64,000 nucleotides of DNA, from positions 34,288,001 to 34,352,000 of the forward strand of contig NW_024704743.1 of assembly GCF_018977255.1 (NCBI RefSeq), read 5' to 3'. This stretch comes from Callorhinchus milii. Taxonomy: Eukaryota. The stretch's first letter is position 1. The number at the start of each line of letters is the position of its first letter. The position numbers were made by a program, and so were the translations under genes. Below the pieces are notes generated by a model. The model saw nothing but the letters and a program-made list of their open reading frames with translations, did not search any database and was not told the origin of the DNA. Positions 11,761-25,181 of the stretch are shown piece after piece.

Positions 11761-11776
11761 TATGTACTAATAGGGA

Positions 11777-12090
11777 CCTCACCGGCCTCCCCAGCTCCAC
11801 TATTCAAAAAATCCAACTCATTCAGAACTCTGCTGCCCACATACTGACCTGGACCAAACTCCATACCCCGATCTCACCATTTCTGGCCAGGCTCCACTGG
11901 CTCCCCATCACCGAACGTATCGACTTCAAGATCCTCCCACTCGTGTTCAAATCCCTTAATTCCCTGGCACTTCCCTGCCTCTCTGACCTCACACCCCAAT
12001 CCATCACCCAGCGCCTTTGCTTGACTGGCACCGGCCTCCTGCTTCTCCCTCACGCCCTCCGCTCCACATTTGGAGGTTGTGCATTCAGTT
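11777..12090 (+). mobile_element. L2 LINE ORF2 C-terminal fragment
   Basis: Translates to GLPSSTIQKIQLIQNSAA...LARLHWLPITERIDFKIL, typical of the L2 ORF2 C-terminus. Confidence 0.85.
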
Positions 12091-13614
12091 TACAAGTTTG
12101 TCAAAAGCATTCACATTAATAATAATAATAATAATAAGACTTGCGTGTGATATAGCACCTTATCATGTCTTCGAGACATCTCAAAGCGCTTTTGTGACCA
12201 AAACCATTACTGATGACATATGAAAATAGGTGCCCATTTATTGTGGATTCTGGCTGTTGTTAATCTTTACCCCCAAAACAGGCTTCAAATTCAATGCTCT
12301 ATTTCATAATCTTAATGAATTGTGAAACAATTTAAACCAGTGAGGGAGCAATGACTTCCTATGTTTATGGTCATTTTATATAGCAGTAGCAGCACATCTC
12401 CCAGTCAATCATGCACCAAGTAAATTATATCAAGGTTATAAACTCTACCGAGGAGGAGATTTGTTCATTGTTCACATCAATCTTAAATGCCAGATGGTTT
12501 TAGGAATTGATACGTAAGGCAGGGAATTAGCTTACTCATAGTTTACTGGGAGAGGGCAGCTTTAACTCTGAAATGTCTTCACAGAATAGGTAAATTTGTA
12601 TCTCAAAATCACTCAGTAGCTACTTAAGCAAAATAAACAATTCTTCCAAAATACTTCCAAAAAATAAGTATTTACTTTTTTAATGATAAAATGATCATCT
12701 TCAAAACTATAACTATGATAGGAATTCAGCAGAAGACAAATCAGATACAAACTGCAAGGGACATCTTATAAACAAGGGTCACTCTTGTTTATGAGCTTTC
12801 ACCTCTAAACAGATCCATCCCATCTCCAAGGGAAAGAGATTGTGCAAAGGAGTCTGATTACAGCTGAATGCTCAGACACAACATGACTTCACTGGTTTTA
12901 AACAGAGAGAGAAATGACAGAGGCAGACCCACAAATAGCAACAGCCTACACAAGCTGAGATGCATGGAAATGTGTGAATTATTTTCCTCCAAAGTCACAA
13001 ATTTAAATTTTTCTCCCCTGCAAAAACGTAAGTATTACCATTATACATATCCAGATTTTTAGAAATATATCTAAAATATCAACAGGGAGATGTCCTTTCT
13101 GGGTTGACTGTCATCCAATTGAAGTCACAGGCATGGTCCCATAACGTAAGATTGCGTGATCATATGCACTGCAGAGCTTCACAGATAAAAGGAAACTGCA
13201 GCACTCTAAGGGTTACGTTAGCCACTGCCTTGACCTGTGAAGCAACAAGTACAGCAACAACCACTCCGCCTCCACACAGACTGACTTCACAAAACCTATC
13301 TGCAGCGTGAGTTTCATGTAGAAGTCTGCTAGTCTCTCTCTGACCCAATCATCCATTCTGACAGAATGCAGCGAAGATACTCTCTGAAGCTGTTTTTAAT
13401 ACACATATTCCTACTTTACAATACAATATTTTGTATCTAGGTTAAGGGCTCTCCTTGTGGCACTCTGTTGGAATGAATTCACAGACTCCCACAATTCAGT
13501 ACAGTGAATCAACTTTCCATTGAGATCCCCTGCCAACTGCACTCCCAAGCAGGTCAGATAGAGAGATAGAACTACTGATGGGTTTGATGCCACCCACCCT
13601 GCACCGTATGAAAT

Positions 13615-14115
13615 GACAACAACAACAAATTACATTTGTATAGCTCCTTTCACTTCAGGAGGATGCAGGACAGTCAGGGATCCGCACCTGAGCTGGTGGT
13701 TGGGATCAGTAGGGGTGGAGGGTGGGTAGAGTAGGGGTAGGAAGGTGACTGAATGCACGATCAAAGAGGAAGGTTCTTGACTCAGGTCTTGAAGGAGGTA
13801 AGTGAGGAGGAGAGGCAGAGGGACTGTAGGATGGAGTTCCAGAGGGTGGGGGCAGAGAGGCTGGCCAATGGTGGGGTGGGCAAGGCATGGACGTAAAGCA
13901 GGCCGGAGCCAACTAAGCGGAGGGAGCGGACAGGTTGGTAGGGAGTTAGGAGGTCACAGAGGTAGGGGGAAGCAAGGACTTGGAGGGCTTTGAGGGTGAG
14001 GACAAGGATCTTGAACTGTATCCTTTGAGTGATGGGGAGCCAGTGGAGTCGGACAAGGATGGGATTGATAGGGTCGCGGAGCCTGGTGCTGGAGAGGCCA
14101 CAGCCCGCAGAGTTC
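13615..14115 (-). mobile_element. L2 LINE 3' fragment with (TTG)n tail
   Basis: The reverse complement matches the 3' end of the 27.4-29.3 kb copy (CACTGGCTCCCC..CAGTTCAAGATCC..); AACAACAAC tail at 13617. Confidence 0.85.
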
Positions 14116-14224
14116 TGGGATTATCTTTTCCTTTTTTTTCATTTCAAATCTTGTCTCTTAATAGGTGGAACACCCCGGGGAGAAAAATCCACCCAGAATC
14201 CTGCTGCTTATAATTTTGCTTTCG

Positions 14225-14430
14225 GGGGATAATAATCCCTTCAAAATAAACAAATGATAATAATTTGAGCACTCAATCCATGACTGTTTGTGGGACACTG
14301 CTGTGCACAATTGGCTGCTGCGTTTTGCCAAAAATATATAGTCAATTCACTTTAAAGTATATTCTGTGAAGCGCTTTGAAACGTCTTAACGACGTGACAA
14401 GGCACCATATGAAATGCAAGGATTATTTAT
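14225..14430 (+). mobile_element. SINE family A, 3' half
   Basis: AATAATCCCT..CACTCAATCCATGACTGTTTGTGGGACAC..tail. Confidence 0.85.
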
Positions 14431-14499
14431 GTAGCATTTGATTCAGAGTGACCAGAATTTGGCAAATTGTTGAAGTCATTCTCAGAAAGCATTCTCATA

Positions 14500-15322
14500 C
14501 CAAATCCTTGATAATAAACAAAACCCTCTTCCACGCCTTTGTCACTTCCCGGCTGGACTATTGCTTAATGCCCTCCTCGCTAGTCTCCCCAGCTCCACCA
14601 TACACAAAATTCAATTAATCCCAAACTCCGCCGCCCAGGTGATCACCCGCACAAAACTTCGATCCTTGCCAGCCTCCAATGGCTCCCAATTACCAAACGG
14701 ATCGATTTAAAAATCCTCTCACTCGTTTTCAAATCCCTTCATGCCCTGGCACTTCCCTACCTGTCCATAATGCTCACCCCCCCACCCCCCCACCCCCACC
14801 CCACCCCACCCCACCCCCACCCATTCCACTATCCGTTGCCTCCGCTCGGCTGGCTCCGGCCTCCTATTTGTCTCTCGTCATCCCCTGGCCACCATTAGTG
14901 CCTGCGCCTTCAGCCACTACTCCCCGAAACTCTGGAACTCTCTCCCTCAATTCCTCCGCTTTGCCCCTTCCCTCCCCACCTTCAAATCCTGCCTAAAGAC
15001 CTTCCTTTTTGATCATGATTCCGGTCACCTACCCCCTCGTTCTCCCCCTGGCTCATTGTCAGACTCCGCCACTGTCAAGCTCTCTGGGACACTACCCCAC
15101 ATGAAAGTACCTCTCTGACCTGCTTACCCCACAACCGCTGCCTCCACTCAACTGGTTCCGGCCTTCTGCAAGTCCTTTGTCGCACTGAAGACCCTTGTAT
15201 TCAACTTTGCTTATGTTCACCGCTCCCGTCTCCTGGCTCAGCGTGGTGTTCTGCCACTGTCAAGCGCTCTGGGACGCTACCCTTCATGAAGGGCACTGCA
15301 TAAATGCAAGTTGTTGTTGTTG
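14500..15322 (+). mobile_element. Two tandem L2 3' fragments
   Basis: Encodes HAFVTSRLDY (CACGCCTTTGTCACTTCCCGGCTGGACTAT); the tail motif CCACTGTCAAGC.CTCTGGGAC occurs twice (~15070 and ~15255); ends in (GTT)n. Confidence 0.8.
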
Positions 15323-16412
15323 GAATGTCAGCTTATACTATGTGAGCCACTGAACCAGGCTGACACCCAATCCTTGACTACTGGCCTTACCTTTAACCAT
15401 GTTAAATATAGCTTGGCATATGATTTGAAGAAACCTGCAAAGATTTGTGCCACTCCTTCCCACCCCATTCCCAATTTCATGAGCTGCTCACCTCTTACAT
15501 CCTCTTTTCATTTCTGTGTATTTTTTGGTGAGAGAGATCTGAAGAGTTATATTGTGTTGTAAGGCACACCCATTCATACATCACCCTGAAGCCACTTAAC
15601 AAATTCCAAAATGAACAGAAAGGGGGAATGGTTTTAAGAGCATTTTAATTTCCTTCCGATTTTCCAAGACTTACCGTTCCCCTTCAGCGTCAGCTTCATC
15701 AAACAACATTCACTTCTATGCGCTGAATCTTCCAATTACTGTTTGAGGACTGAAGACATCATTTTAAAAAAAAGCATTTTCATCTAAATGTTTTAAGGGA
15801 ACAGAATACATGATAATTAAATAAATTCATCTAGAATCTTTGGGCTAAGGAGGAGGTAAATTTGCTAGGATTACTATTGAAATTTGATCATCATATAGTA
15901 ACTCCTACTAGAACAGTAGTTCAGGTCTGGGTATGCGTGAGAACAACATCAGCCTGTGTGTTAGCCTGACTTAGATGGTAGCACTCCTTCCTCTGAGTCA
16001 AAAGGTTTTTGGTTCAAGCTCCAAGTTGGGACTTGGAACTCATATAATCTATGCTGACCCTCCAATGCAGTGCTGGGAGATATGCTGTACTTTTGTAGGT
16101 GCCCTTTTGGAATACAATTATGTTCACAAGTGTGTGACTTCACTCACTGATACACTTGATGGAGTTTATTACTTAGCGAAATATGGTAGTATCACAGCTG
16201 CAGTGCATCTGTACTATCTGGTTGTATTTAATTTTTGAATTTCATGGAAAAAGTACGGTACACATACAAATGATGAGGAACAAAACTACTAGTTGTCTTA
16301 TGTTTAAAACCAACGTCAACTTAACAGAATATAAAACTTCAGTGGAGGAACCAATACTAGCATAGATTTAATAGGTCGGTTCACCTTCTTCTAAGCTGTG
16401 ACAGGTGACAAA

Positions 16413-16775
16413 TTGGCTCAGTTGGTAACACACTTGTCTCTGTGTCAGAAGATTGTGGATTCAAGCCTCACGTCAGGACTTTGAACTCATAGTCAGGGCT
16501 GGTACTCCAGTGCTGCATTGTTGCAGGTACTGTCCTTTGGATTAAATGTTAAACCAAGGTCTTGTCCGTCTGTTTAGGTAGACATTAGAGATTCCTTGGC
16601 ATAATTGAAAAGGGAAGGGAGTTTCTCCTGGTGTCCTGGCCAACAATCCCCCAAATAAAAATTGATTACTCACTTCATGGTTATTTGTGAGACATTGATT
16701 TATGAAAATTGGCTCCTGAGTTTGTTTACAGTCATTACACATGAGGTACTATATCAAATGCAAGGATCATTATTA
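16413..16775 (+). mobile_element. Deu-type SINE (family B), near full length
   Basis: TGGCTCAGTTGG head; central ..GTTAAACCAAGG..TCTCCTGGTGTCCTGGCCAAC.. segment resembling DeuSINE/SacSINE1 (from memory); shared tail. Confidence 0.7.
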
Positions 16776-17789
16776 TATTTCTAAGATTCCTTACACATTA
16801 TCATATAGGGATGTTCTGGTAAAAGATAGGATCTGGAAATCCTACCATGTCCCTTAGTTCTGGTGAACCTTGACTATAAACTAAATTTTTTTCCGGGGTT
16901 AAAATCCCTTAAAAAAAAATAATAATAATTTGTTCACTCAATCCACGACTATTTGTAGTACAGTGCTGTGTGCAATTGGCTGCCGGGTTTCGCCCACAAA
17001 ATATACAGTCAATTCATTTTACAGATCTTACTTTTCTGTGAAGCGTTTTTATGCTGAACACAGGCACTACATCACATAGTTACTCAATTTTACATGTTAA
17101 TGTGTATGTGAGGGAAGAAGAGTTGCTTGATTCAGAGCAAGCAGAACACAGATTGTGTTATATTTCAGGCTAAAGCTATGAACCTCAACATGGATGCCAA
17201 CCTATGTATGGCAGGAATGAAGCCAGCTGGTAAACCAACAAAAGTATGGAACTGGCTCAGCCTGTAAAGTGTAAAGATGCATGGTCATTTTACAATTGGT
17301 CCAATAAAGGGAATGGACCCATTTAACAATGAAAAAAGAAACAAATTGTTGCACAAATACTGCACTCAAAGAGGCAGAGTCTGAAAAGGAATGATACATG
17401 CAAAACTGTTTTTGTTGTCGTACATTTTTTATAACCTGTCAGCACATGTGCCTCATGTGGAGTTCTGCAAACTACTGCACGAAGTTGGCACAAGGTTGTA
17501 ATTAGCTCAATCCACGGGCTGACAAGCTTCATCATGTGCTGCCAATTTGTATCTGCTCGGCAAGTTATTTAAATTAATTGCAAATCATCTTCAAACTCTT
17601 GTTTTCCCAGCTTGTAGGTAAGGAGCTGCTATTAGGTGCTTGTTTGAAATGTTTCCTCTGTTGATTAAATAGATCTTCACCTGGTTAGAGCAACAAATGC
17701 TGTCACCAGTACTTTAACGGTTAAAATGAAGCATTCAAAATTACAAGGTCACAATATTAGTTTGGATAAAGAAGACCAATCAACCCATC

Positions 17790-19015
17790 TGATCGCATCC
17801 CTTTCGACACAGTCGATCACACCATCCTCCTCCACCGCCTTTCCTCCATCATCCACCTCAGTGGGAGTGCACTTGCCTGGTTCGAGTCCTACCTCACAAA
17901 CCGCCAGCAGTACATCTGCACAAACGGCTTCTCCTCCCGCTCTCACCGGTTACCTGCGGGGTATCCCAAGGATCCATCCTTGGCCCCCATCCTCTTTCTG
18001 ATCTACATGCTCCCTCTTGGGGATGTCATCCGCAGACATGGGGTACACTTCCACACGTATGCGGACGACACCCAACTCTATTTTTCCACCTCACATTGTA
18101 ACCCCCAGTCCCCTGATGTTCTGTCAGGCTGCCTGTCAGACATCGGGAGCTGGATGAGCGCGAATTTCCTTCAGCTGAATGTGGACAAGACAGAAGCCAT
18201 ACACTTTGGTTCTCGTCAGCGTCTAAAATCACATGGTTCTCACCTCCTCCACCTACCCACCTCTCCCTAAAACTCTCCGAACCCATACGCAACCTAGGCA
18301 TCAGGTTCGACCCCCAATTATCCTTCCTCCCCCACATCCGGTCCCTCACCAACACTGCTTTTTTCCACCTCCAACGCATCACCTGTCTTCGCCAATACCT
18401 CACTCCAAAAGTCACTGAAACCCTGGTCCATGCCTTTGTCACCTCTCGGCTGGACTATTCAAATGCCCTCCTTGCGGGTCCTCCTCCACTACCATTCACA
18501 AAATCCAGGTCATCCAAAACTCTGAGCTCGCATTCGTACCCGCACCAAACTCCTCTCCTCGATCACCCCAGTCCTTGCCAGACTGCACTGGCTGTCTGTC
18601 CCAGAGAGGATCGATTTCAAGATCCTCACCCTTGTCTTCAAATCTCTCCACTCCTCTGCAACCCCTACCTCTCTGACCTCTCTCCTCAAAACAGTTCCTG
18701 TTGTCTTTGCTCCACCGGGTCTGGCCTCCTCCTCGTCCCCCGAGTCCTCCGCTTCACCATCGGCGGCTGTGCCATCAGCCACTATGCCCCAAGGCTCTGG
18801 AACTCCCTTCCTCACTCCCTTCACCTCACCCCATCTCTTCCTATTTTCAGGTCTCGGCTGAAGACCTTTCTTTTCGACCGCGTCTTTGGCCACCTTCCTC
18901 CCCTCCCCCTGGCTCGGCCCCGTGATCTGTCACTGTGAAGCGCTCTGAGATGCTGTCCGGTGTGGAGGCCGCTATATAAATCAAAGTAGTTGTTGTTGTT
19001 GTTGTTGTCGTCGTC
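17790..19015 (+). mobile_element. L2 LINE, 5'-truncated, RT C-half to tail
   Basis: FDTVDH, PQGSILGP and [27 protein letters not shown]; frameshifted; ends in (GTT)n(GTC)n. Confidence 0.95.
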
Positions 19016-19019
19016 GAAT

Positions 19020-19400
19020 AACCACCTCCCTGAATACCCACCCTCCCATCCTCCCATCACAACATCAAGCTGTTTTTTAAATGAGTCCAGCGGCCTGGAC
19101 TCAAACATCCTTCATGCTAACCTGTTTCAGTCATTAATTACCCTGTGGGAAAGAAACCTTTCAAGTATTAATCCTAAAATTTCCCTTTGCAACTGTATGC
19201 ACTCTGAGATGCTCCCTGTGTGAAGGGTGCTATATAAATGCAAGCGGTTGGTGTTGTAAATCTATGTTTCTCTACTGTCTGGGTTTACTTTTTCAATTCC
19301 ATTTAAAATCTACTGCACCTTTATGAGGTCCCCTCTGAGTCATCTTGTCTCAAGACCGAAGAGTCCTAGCTTGTTAAATCGTTTCACTCATGCACTCATC
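19020..19400 (-). mobile_element. Degenerate CR1 LINE 3' fragment (interrupted by an L2-type tail ~19205-19257)
   Basis: Minus strand encodes ..LDSFKKQLDVVMG.., a CR1-type ORF2 end; similar to 54120-54390. Confidence 0.6.
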
Positions 19401-21204
19401 TGGTGACTAGAGTTGATGGTACTCTTCCTAACATAAAGGAGGAAAAATAAATAATAGAAAGTGTGCCCACAAAATATATTCATTCCACTTTGCAGTATAT
19501 CCTGTGAGGCTCTTTGAAACGTCTTGACAACATAATAAGGCGCTAGATCAAATGCTAGGATTATTATTATTATTACAGAGGCCCAATAGAGAGTATAATA
19601 CTGTGCTCTGTGGGCTGTACAATGTACAATGTACTCCAGTGCGTAGGTGACCAGTGCTCAGGCCTGTGCCAATGCTGCTCTGTATCCACGTTAGATTGGA
19701 TCTCAGTCTCCTTCTCACAAAATTTCACTGTGGAAACTCAGGACATACCATTCTATGTATAAAGCCTCAGAGTTCTAGTATGTTCACTTATGAATAATAA
19801 AATAATAATCCTTACATTTGATATTGTAGATTTGGTATTTTATGTCAGGAGGATGTCTCAAAGTGATTTACAGGATTTTACTGTAATGTCTAGGGACTGT
19901 ATATTTTGTTGGCAAACAATACGCAGTTCCTACAATTTACAGTACACTCTTTGAAGATGTTTTGCTAATGTGATAAGGTGCTATATCAAATGCTAGGATT
20001 ATTATTCATATCACTCTGAACTACCTTTTTTTTTACCTTATTCAGCAGCTGCCTCATTAAGACTCACTTTTGACTTTATTGAGAACTTCCATCTTAACTA
20101 TTTAAAGGTCCTATAATAAAATACCAAAATGCACAGATGAGTAATGACCCTGCTCAGGAAAATAAAAGATATTGAAATTAGGCATCAACAACAATGCTTA
20201 TGAACAAATTTACCCTTTTAAGACGCACAGTAAATGTCTATGTATCTTGCATTTAATGCTTCCTCATTTGTTAACATTATGCAAGGTGTTTGCTCACTCA
20301 GTGCAGCCATTATCACTTCAGAGATGTACCCAACCCTTCACCAGGCATGACTTTGAGCTTTGCAAACACATCTATCACACTTTAATAAACACAAATCCAT
20401 GTTTAAAATTGTGTTTTGAAAAGTGTTAATTAATCGGCTTGCTCGGCATGTGACTTTGAAAGGGAAGTAGACAAGTGTATGTTACAGCCACTCTGTGTCT
20501 ATTTAGATTCACATCGCAACAGAGGTTAAGGTCAGAATGTAATAATTAAAAGAAAACTCAATAATAATTAAAAGAAACCTTAACGCTTAAACTTAAATCA
20601 TTTATATTTAATATGCAGAACCTCCTCCGATATATTTATTAATGACCTCTCAAAAGCACTTAAAACTTGCTCTCAGTAACTGGAACACATCACTTTGAAA
20701 CACAATTTTACTGTGAAGTTGAAATGATAAATGCAAGTATTTCTGAAGACCAACTATTTGAGGCGTGTTCTATATACCAATGATAAGCTGTTTGGAGTAA
20801 TCAACATTCCTCCTGCAGTGCAATGGCTGAATCGCTCAACCTTATTCTCTGCCATGTCCTTAGATGGAGCAATGATAATTTTGTTTCCTTTCATTCCTCC
20901 AAATGGTTTCTTAACGTCTCTCACAAGTTCAACCTACAGCTCTCACTTCTTAGCTTTGATGGATCCACCCTTAATCCTTCTGGATCTATTGACATCTTAA
21001 TACCGCTACCACTTCCCATGCTCCCACCCCCTCCACCCCCACCATACACACTCTTCTATTCCCTTCAGCCTCTTATATCCATGACCTTAACTTGTTATTT
21101 TCACCCACAAAATATACAAGTCAATTCACTTTACAGTATATGCTTTGAGACGTTTCGAAGATGTGATAAGGCCCTATATCAAATGCAAGAATTATTATTA
21201 TTAC

Positions 21205-21575
21205 AATAACAACAACTTGCACTTATATAGCACCCTCCACGCAGGGTAACGTCTCAGAGCGCATAACAAGAACAACAAAATTACAATTGTAAAGCGTCTT
21301 TCACGTAGCAAAGCCTGACTCCGAGCTGAGGATGTGGGGGTGGGGGTGAGGTGGCTGTAAGCATGGTCGAAGAGGAAGTTTTTCAGGCGGGACTTGAAAA
21401 AGGGGAGAGGGGGCAAGGCAAAGGGATTGAGGGAGAGTGTTTCAGAGTTTTGGGGCTTAGTGGCTGGGGCCGGGGGTGCGAGGGACGAGCAGGAGGCCGG
21501 TGCCAGTCGAGCGAAGGTGCCAGGTGGTGGATTGGGGAGTGAGGAAGTCGGAGAGGTAAGGAGGTGCCAAGGAGT
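21205..21575 (-). mobile_element. L2 LINE 3' fragment
   Basis: Minus strand encodes FKSRLKNFLFDHAY and is followed by tail motifs. Confidence 0.85.
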
Positions 21576-23257
21576 GTCCAACTCTTTTGGTCATGCTTAT
21601 GTATTCAGGAAGAGCCTTGATCCTTCACACAGGCTATGAATTAAAAAATACATGTTACTATTCAAAGAGATTGCCATATCTCTTCAATCTCTGTGATTGG
21701 AATTACCCTTTCAGTGACTGTTGAAATAATGGCACAACTCCTACAAATATCCATTGTAGGCGTGGGGGAGATACTAGTCAGGCTGTCATGGAAATTGCTT
21801 AAATATTTGCCTGTATCCTCCAACAGCACCTCCTATTGTTAGAGACATGCATTGCAGTCAAAGAGGGGTCAAATCATAAAACTGGGGTGTAATTTGTGAT
21901 CACTGGAAATTGGATACTACAGCCATTAAACCCCCATTAATAATGACAACGTGGTGCCAGGATGAGAGTGTGCAGCTGCATGAAATATATACTTCAATGA
22001 GATCCCCCTATATCCTCCCCTCCCAATACAGTATAAGCCTTAAACAATTAACGCTGCATGAACATTAGTACTGTCATCAAGTGCTTAGCATTGACTTTGA
22101 CCTGTGATAGGGATTCTACTACAGCCGCAGCTGTCAGGTTGGCTTTTAACCACAGATTCTTCATTATTACAACTTCAGCCGTTTTGCCAATAAAAGGACA
22201 TGGTTGGTAAGGCACAGATTGGCCGGAGACTTACTGACTTAGCAAAGCAACTCTTGCAGATCAATAAGCCGTCCTTTAGGCACGAAGATAAATTGCACAA
22301 TTGACACAAGAAACAAGAAAAGGCAACGTCTCAATGATTAAATGCAACCCAAAGACATTTTATTCAACATAAGCTTCCCAGGCCAGGCGTGCTTTTACAG
22401 ACCACTTGGTGGCACGGATCCAAGGGTAATTTTTGAACCACAGTTCATGATGTTTTAAGTAGGTCACACACAGCTTCGTCAGGAATAAACTGTCAGCAAC
22501 AGTGACTGGGAGGGAGCTGCAGGCTGATTGCAGGAATGGCCAATAGCAAAGCCAGCGGAAATTAAGAGCAGAGTGTCACGAAACTGCAGTCTACAAACCA
22601 GCTGCAGCGAAGTCCCTGCTTTGTTCAAACAGCTGACAGACAAGCTAGGACATAAGCAGCTTCTTACTCAGCCATTTATAGCAGCACAAGGACCAACTGT
22701 CCTGACGGACGTGTTGCCAGCTCGCAGCACTGCTTAAACATTAACCTGAATGAAAATAATATGGAGATTGTAACAGTCCCTGAGTATGTTACTGTGAACT
22801 CCAATGCTGCCGGTGGCTTTTTAAGGTCTTTTTTTTCTTATTGGGAAGTTCCAAAGGAAGGCCAGCAGGCTCCCACCACAAGAATGGAGACTTTATTTTC
22901 CATTGTAATACAGTATATGGTAAAATGTGGCAGTGTTTTTCCAGTGGTAATTTTTGCAGTGGCAATGTTATTTTTGTTACATAATAATACAAACTGCCTA
23001 TGGCATTGGCTGAGTGTACGTGTTTGAGAAGGGGAAATAACATGTAGTTAAAAAAGGACTTTTCAAAACAAGTATTACAATTATTGTATTGTAATGCAAT
23101 AAGAATTTACAGCTCTTACTTTTTCATTGCTAAATGCACCACTGTACAGGAGGGCCACACACTGTATTAAATAAATGTATTAAAATTGCTCTCCAATTTC
23201 TTTGGGATTAAAAAGTCAAGTTTATTTATTTATTTTGGTGAGCTGGGTGTGTGACAC

Positions 23258-23300
23258 ATGAAGAAGCCCATCACCATGCATAAGAGTATCCAGCCAAAAG
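23258..23300 (-). mobile_element. Family C 3'-terminal fragment
   Basis: GAGCTGGGTGTGTGACACATG..CATCACCATGC..AAGAGTATC matches 63610-63665; A-rich tail on the minus strand. Confidence 0.7.
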
Positions 23301-23429
23301 AGTTCCACAGGCAAGCTTGTCCAGTTAGGACCACCACCAACAACAACTTGCATTAATATAGCACTCTTTACGCAAGGTAGTGTCCCGAACCATCCTACCC
23401 CTGAGGGTAGTGGTGGCCAACCTACAGAC

Positions 23430-23728
23430 TAGACTGTAAAGTGAATTGACTGTATATTTGTGGGCAAAATGTGGCAGCCAATTGCTCACAGCAGTGTCCC
23501 ACAAACAGTTGTGGATTGAGTGACTAAATGATTATTATTTTTTTTGCGGGATTATTCTCCCTGGAAAAGCAATCTGCCAATCGACTAACAACCGGGTTCC
23601 TACTTACTACTAGGTAGATAGAGGCTTGTGGAGTAAGGAAACTTGTCCAACATTTTTGCCTTGCCTGGAATTGAACCCAGGTCTCTCGGTTGCGAGGTGA
23701 GTGCGTTAACCACTGAGCTACAAGACTC
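23430..23728 (-). mobile_element. SINE family A, long form (tail missing)
   Basis: Head TAGCTCAGTGGTT..CTCGCAA..GGTTCAATTCCAGG plus body. Confidence 0.88.
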
Positions 23729-24209
23729 AGGGTACAGCTAGAGTTTAGAGAAGATACCAAGGAGGATAGATAAAAGTCTGCATAATTCAGCTACTCAATG
23801 AAACAGTCACACAGAGACTTAATCAGTTTCATATCACACAATTTAACTAGCCAGTAATGCCCATTTGAAACACATAGCCAGTCAGGATAAAGGTTAAATA
23901 ATAATAATCCTTTCCTTTGATAACATTTATAGAGCAGCTAAACATAATAATGCCAGCATAACATACCATTAAAAATTAAATATCATTATAAATGAATTCC
24001 ATTAATAGCATTAAAAATCTAACATTGTTTTTCTGCTGTTTCGTGCACCACTTTCATATGGATTGGTCTGTCCCCGGTGGTGTGATGTGGAAATGCAGTT
24101 CTACTTTTTAAATTGACAAACCAATGTGAACGGCTAAGGCCTACAGTACAGGATACATGAGAAGTTTGAATGGCGAGGGCCCTTCAACCTATTTTATCTC
24201 ATCCTTGCA

Positions 24210-24390
24210 GAATACCACCCTTCCTGATAACCCGTTCCAGCTGCTGATTGCCTTCTGTGTAAATAAGTATTTCCTGGTGTCTGTCCTGAACTGAACTAGT
24301 GCACTTTGTCCTGTTGCCTTGACATATCTGAAAGCATTGTTCTGCATTTACTTTCTCTATTCTGTTAAATATTTCATAGATCATCACTTT
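24210..24390 (-). mobile_element. CR1 LINE fragment
   Basis: Minus strand resembles the CR1 ORF2 C-terminus (YEIFNRIEKVNAEQ..RT..; ..QLERV). Confidence 0.6.
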
Positions 24391-24409
24391 CCAAGGTTTA
24401 CATGACCGA

Positions 24410-25176
24410 GGCCCTTCTGATTGGCTCCAGCATCACCATCTAAGGATGCACACTCCACCTCACTGAGTCAGTCTGGAACCTTGGCGTCTTGTTTGACCCT
24501 CAGCTGTCCTTTCTACCCCACATCTGTGGCATGACCCGCTCTGCCTTCTCCCACCTCCACAACATTGCCCGGCTCCGCCACTGTCTCACACCTCAAGGCG
24601 ACGAAACCCTCATACACACATTCATAACATCCAGGATTGACTATGCAAACTCCCTGCTTGTCAGCCTCCCAACTCCTCCCTCCATAGGCTGCAGATCATC
24701 CAGAAGTCTACAGCCCGTGTCCTCTATGGCACAAAGCTTCGTGAACTTACCTCCCCCATCCTTGCCCAACTCCACTGGTCTTCAAAGTCCTCCGTGACCT
24801 TGCTCCCCCTACCTCTGCAACCTCCTAAACCCCTACCAAGCTCACCGCTCCCTCCATTCAGCGGACTCCAGGCTGCTTCATGATCCCCACCTCATCCGAC
24901 CCACCATTGGCGGGTGGGTCTTCAGTCCCCACCCTCTGAAACTCCATCCCGCAGTCCCCCCGCCTCGCACCCTCTCTTGCCTCCTTCAAGACCCATCTCA
25001 AGAACCTCCTCTTTGACCATGCCTTTGGTCACCCTCCTTCCCCCCCTCCATGTTCCCCACCCTCCCCAATCCCAACCATCACCTCAGGTCCGAAACACTG
25101 ACTGTCCAGCCCCTTGGGACGTCCTCCCAACGTGAAAGGCACGATACAAATGTAATTTTGTTGTTATTGTTGTTGT
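24410..25176 (+). mobile_element. L2 LINE 3' fragment with tail
   Basis: NLGVLFDPQLSFLPHI..ETLIHTFITSRIDYANSLL; (TTG)n tail. Confidence 0.92.
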
Positions 25177-25181
25177 AAGCC

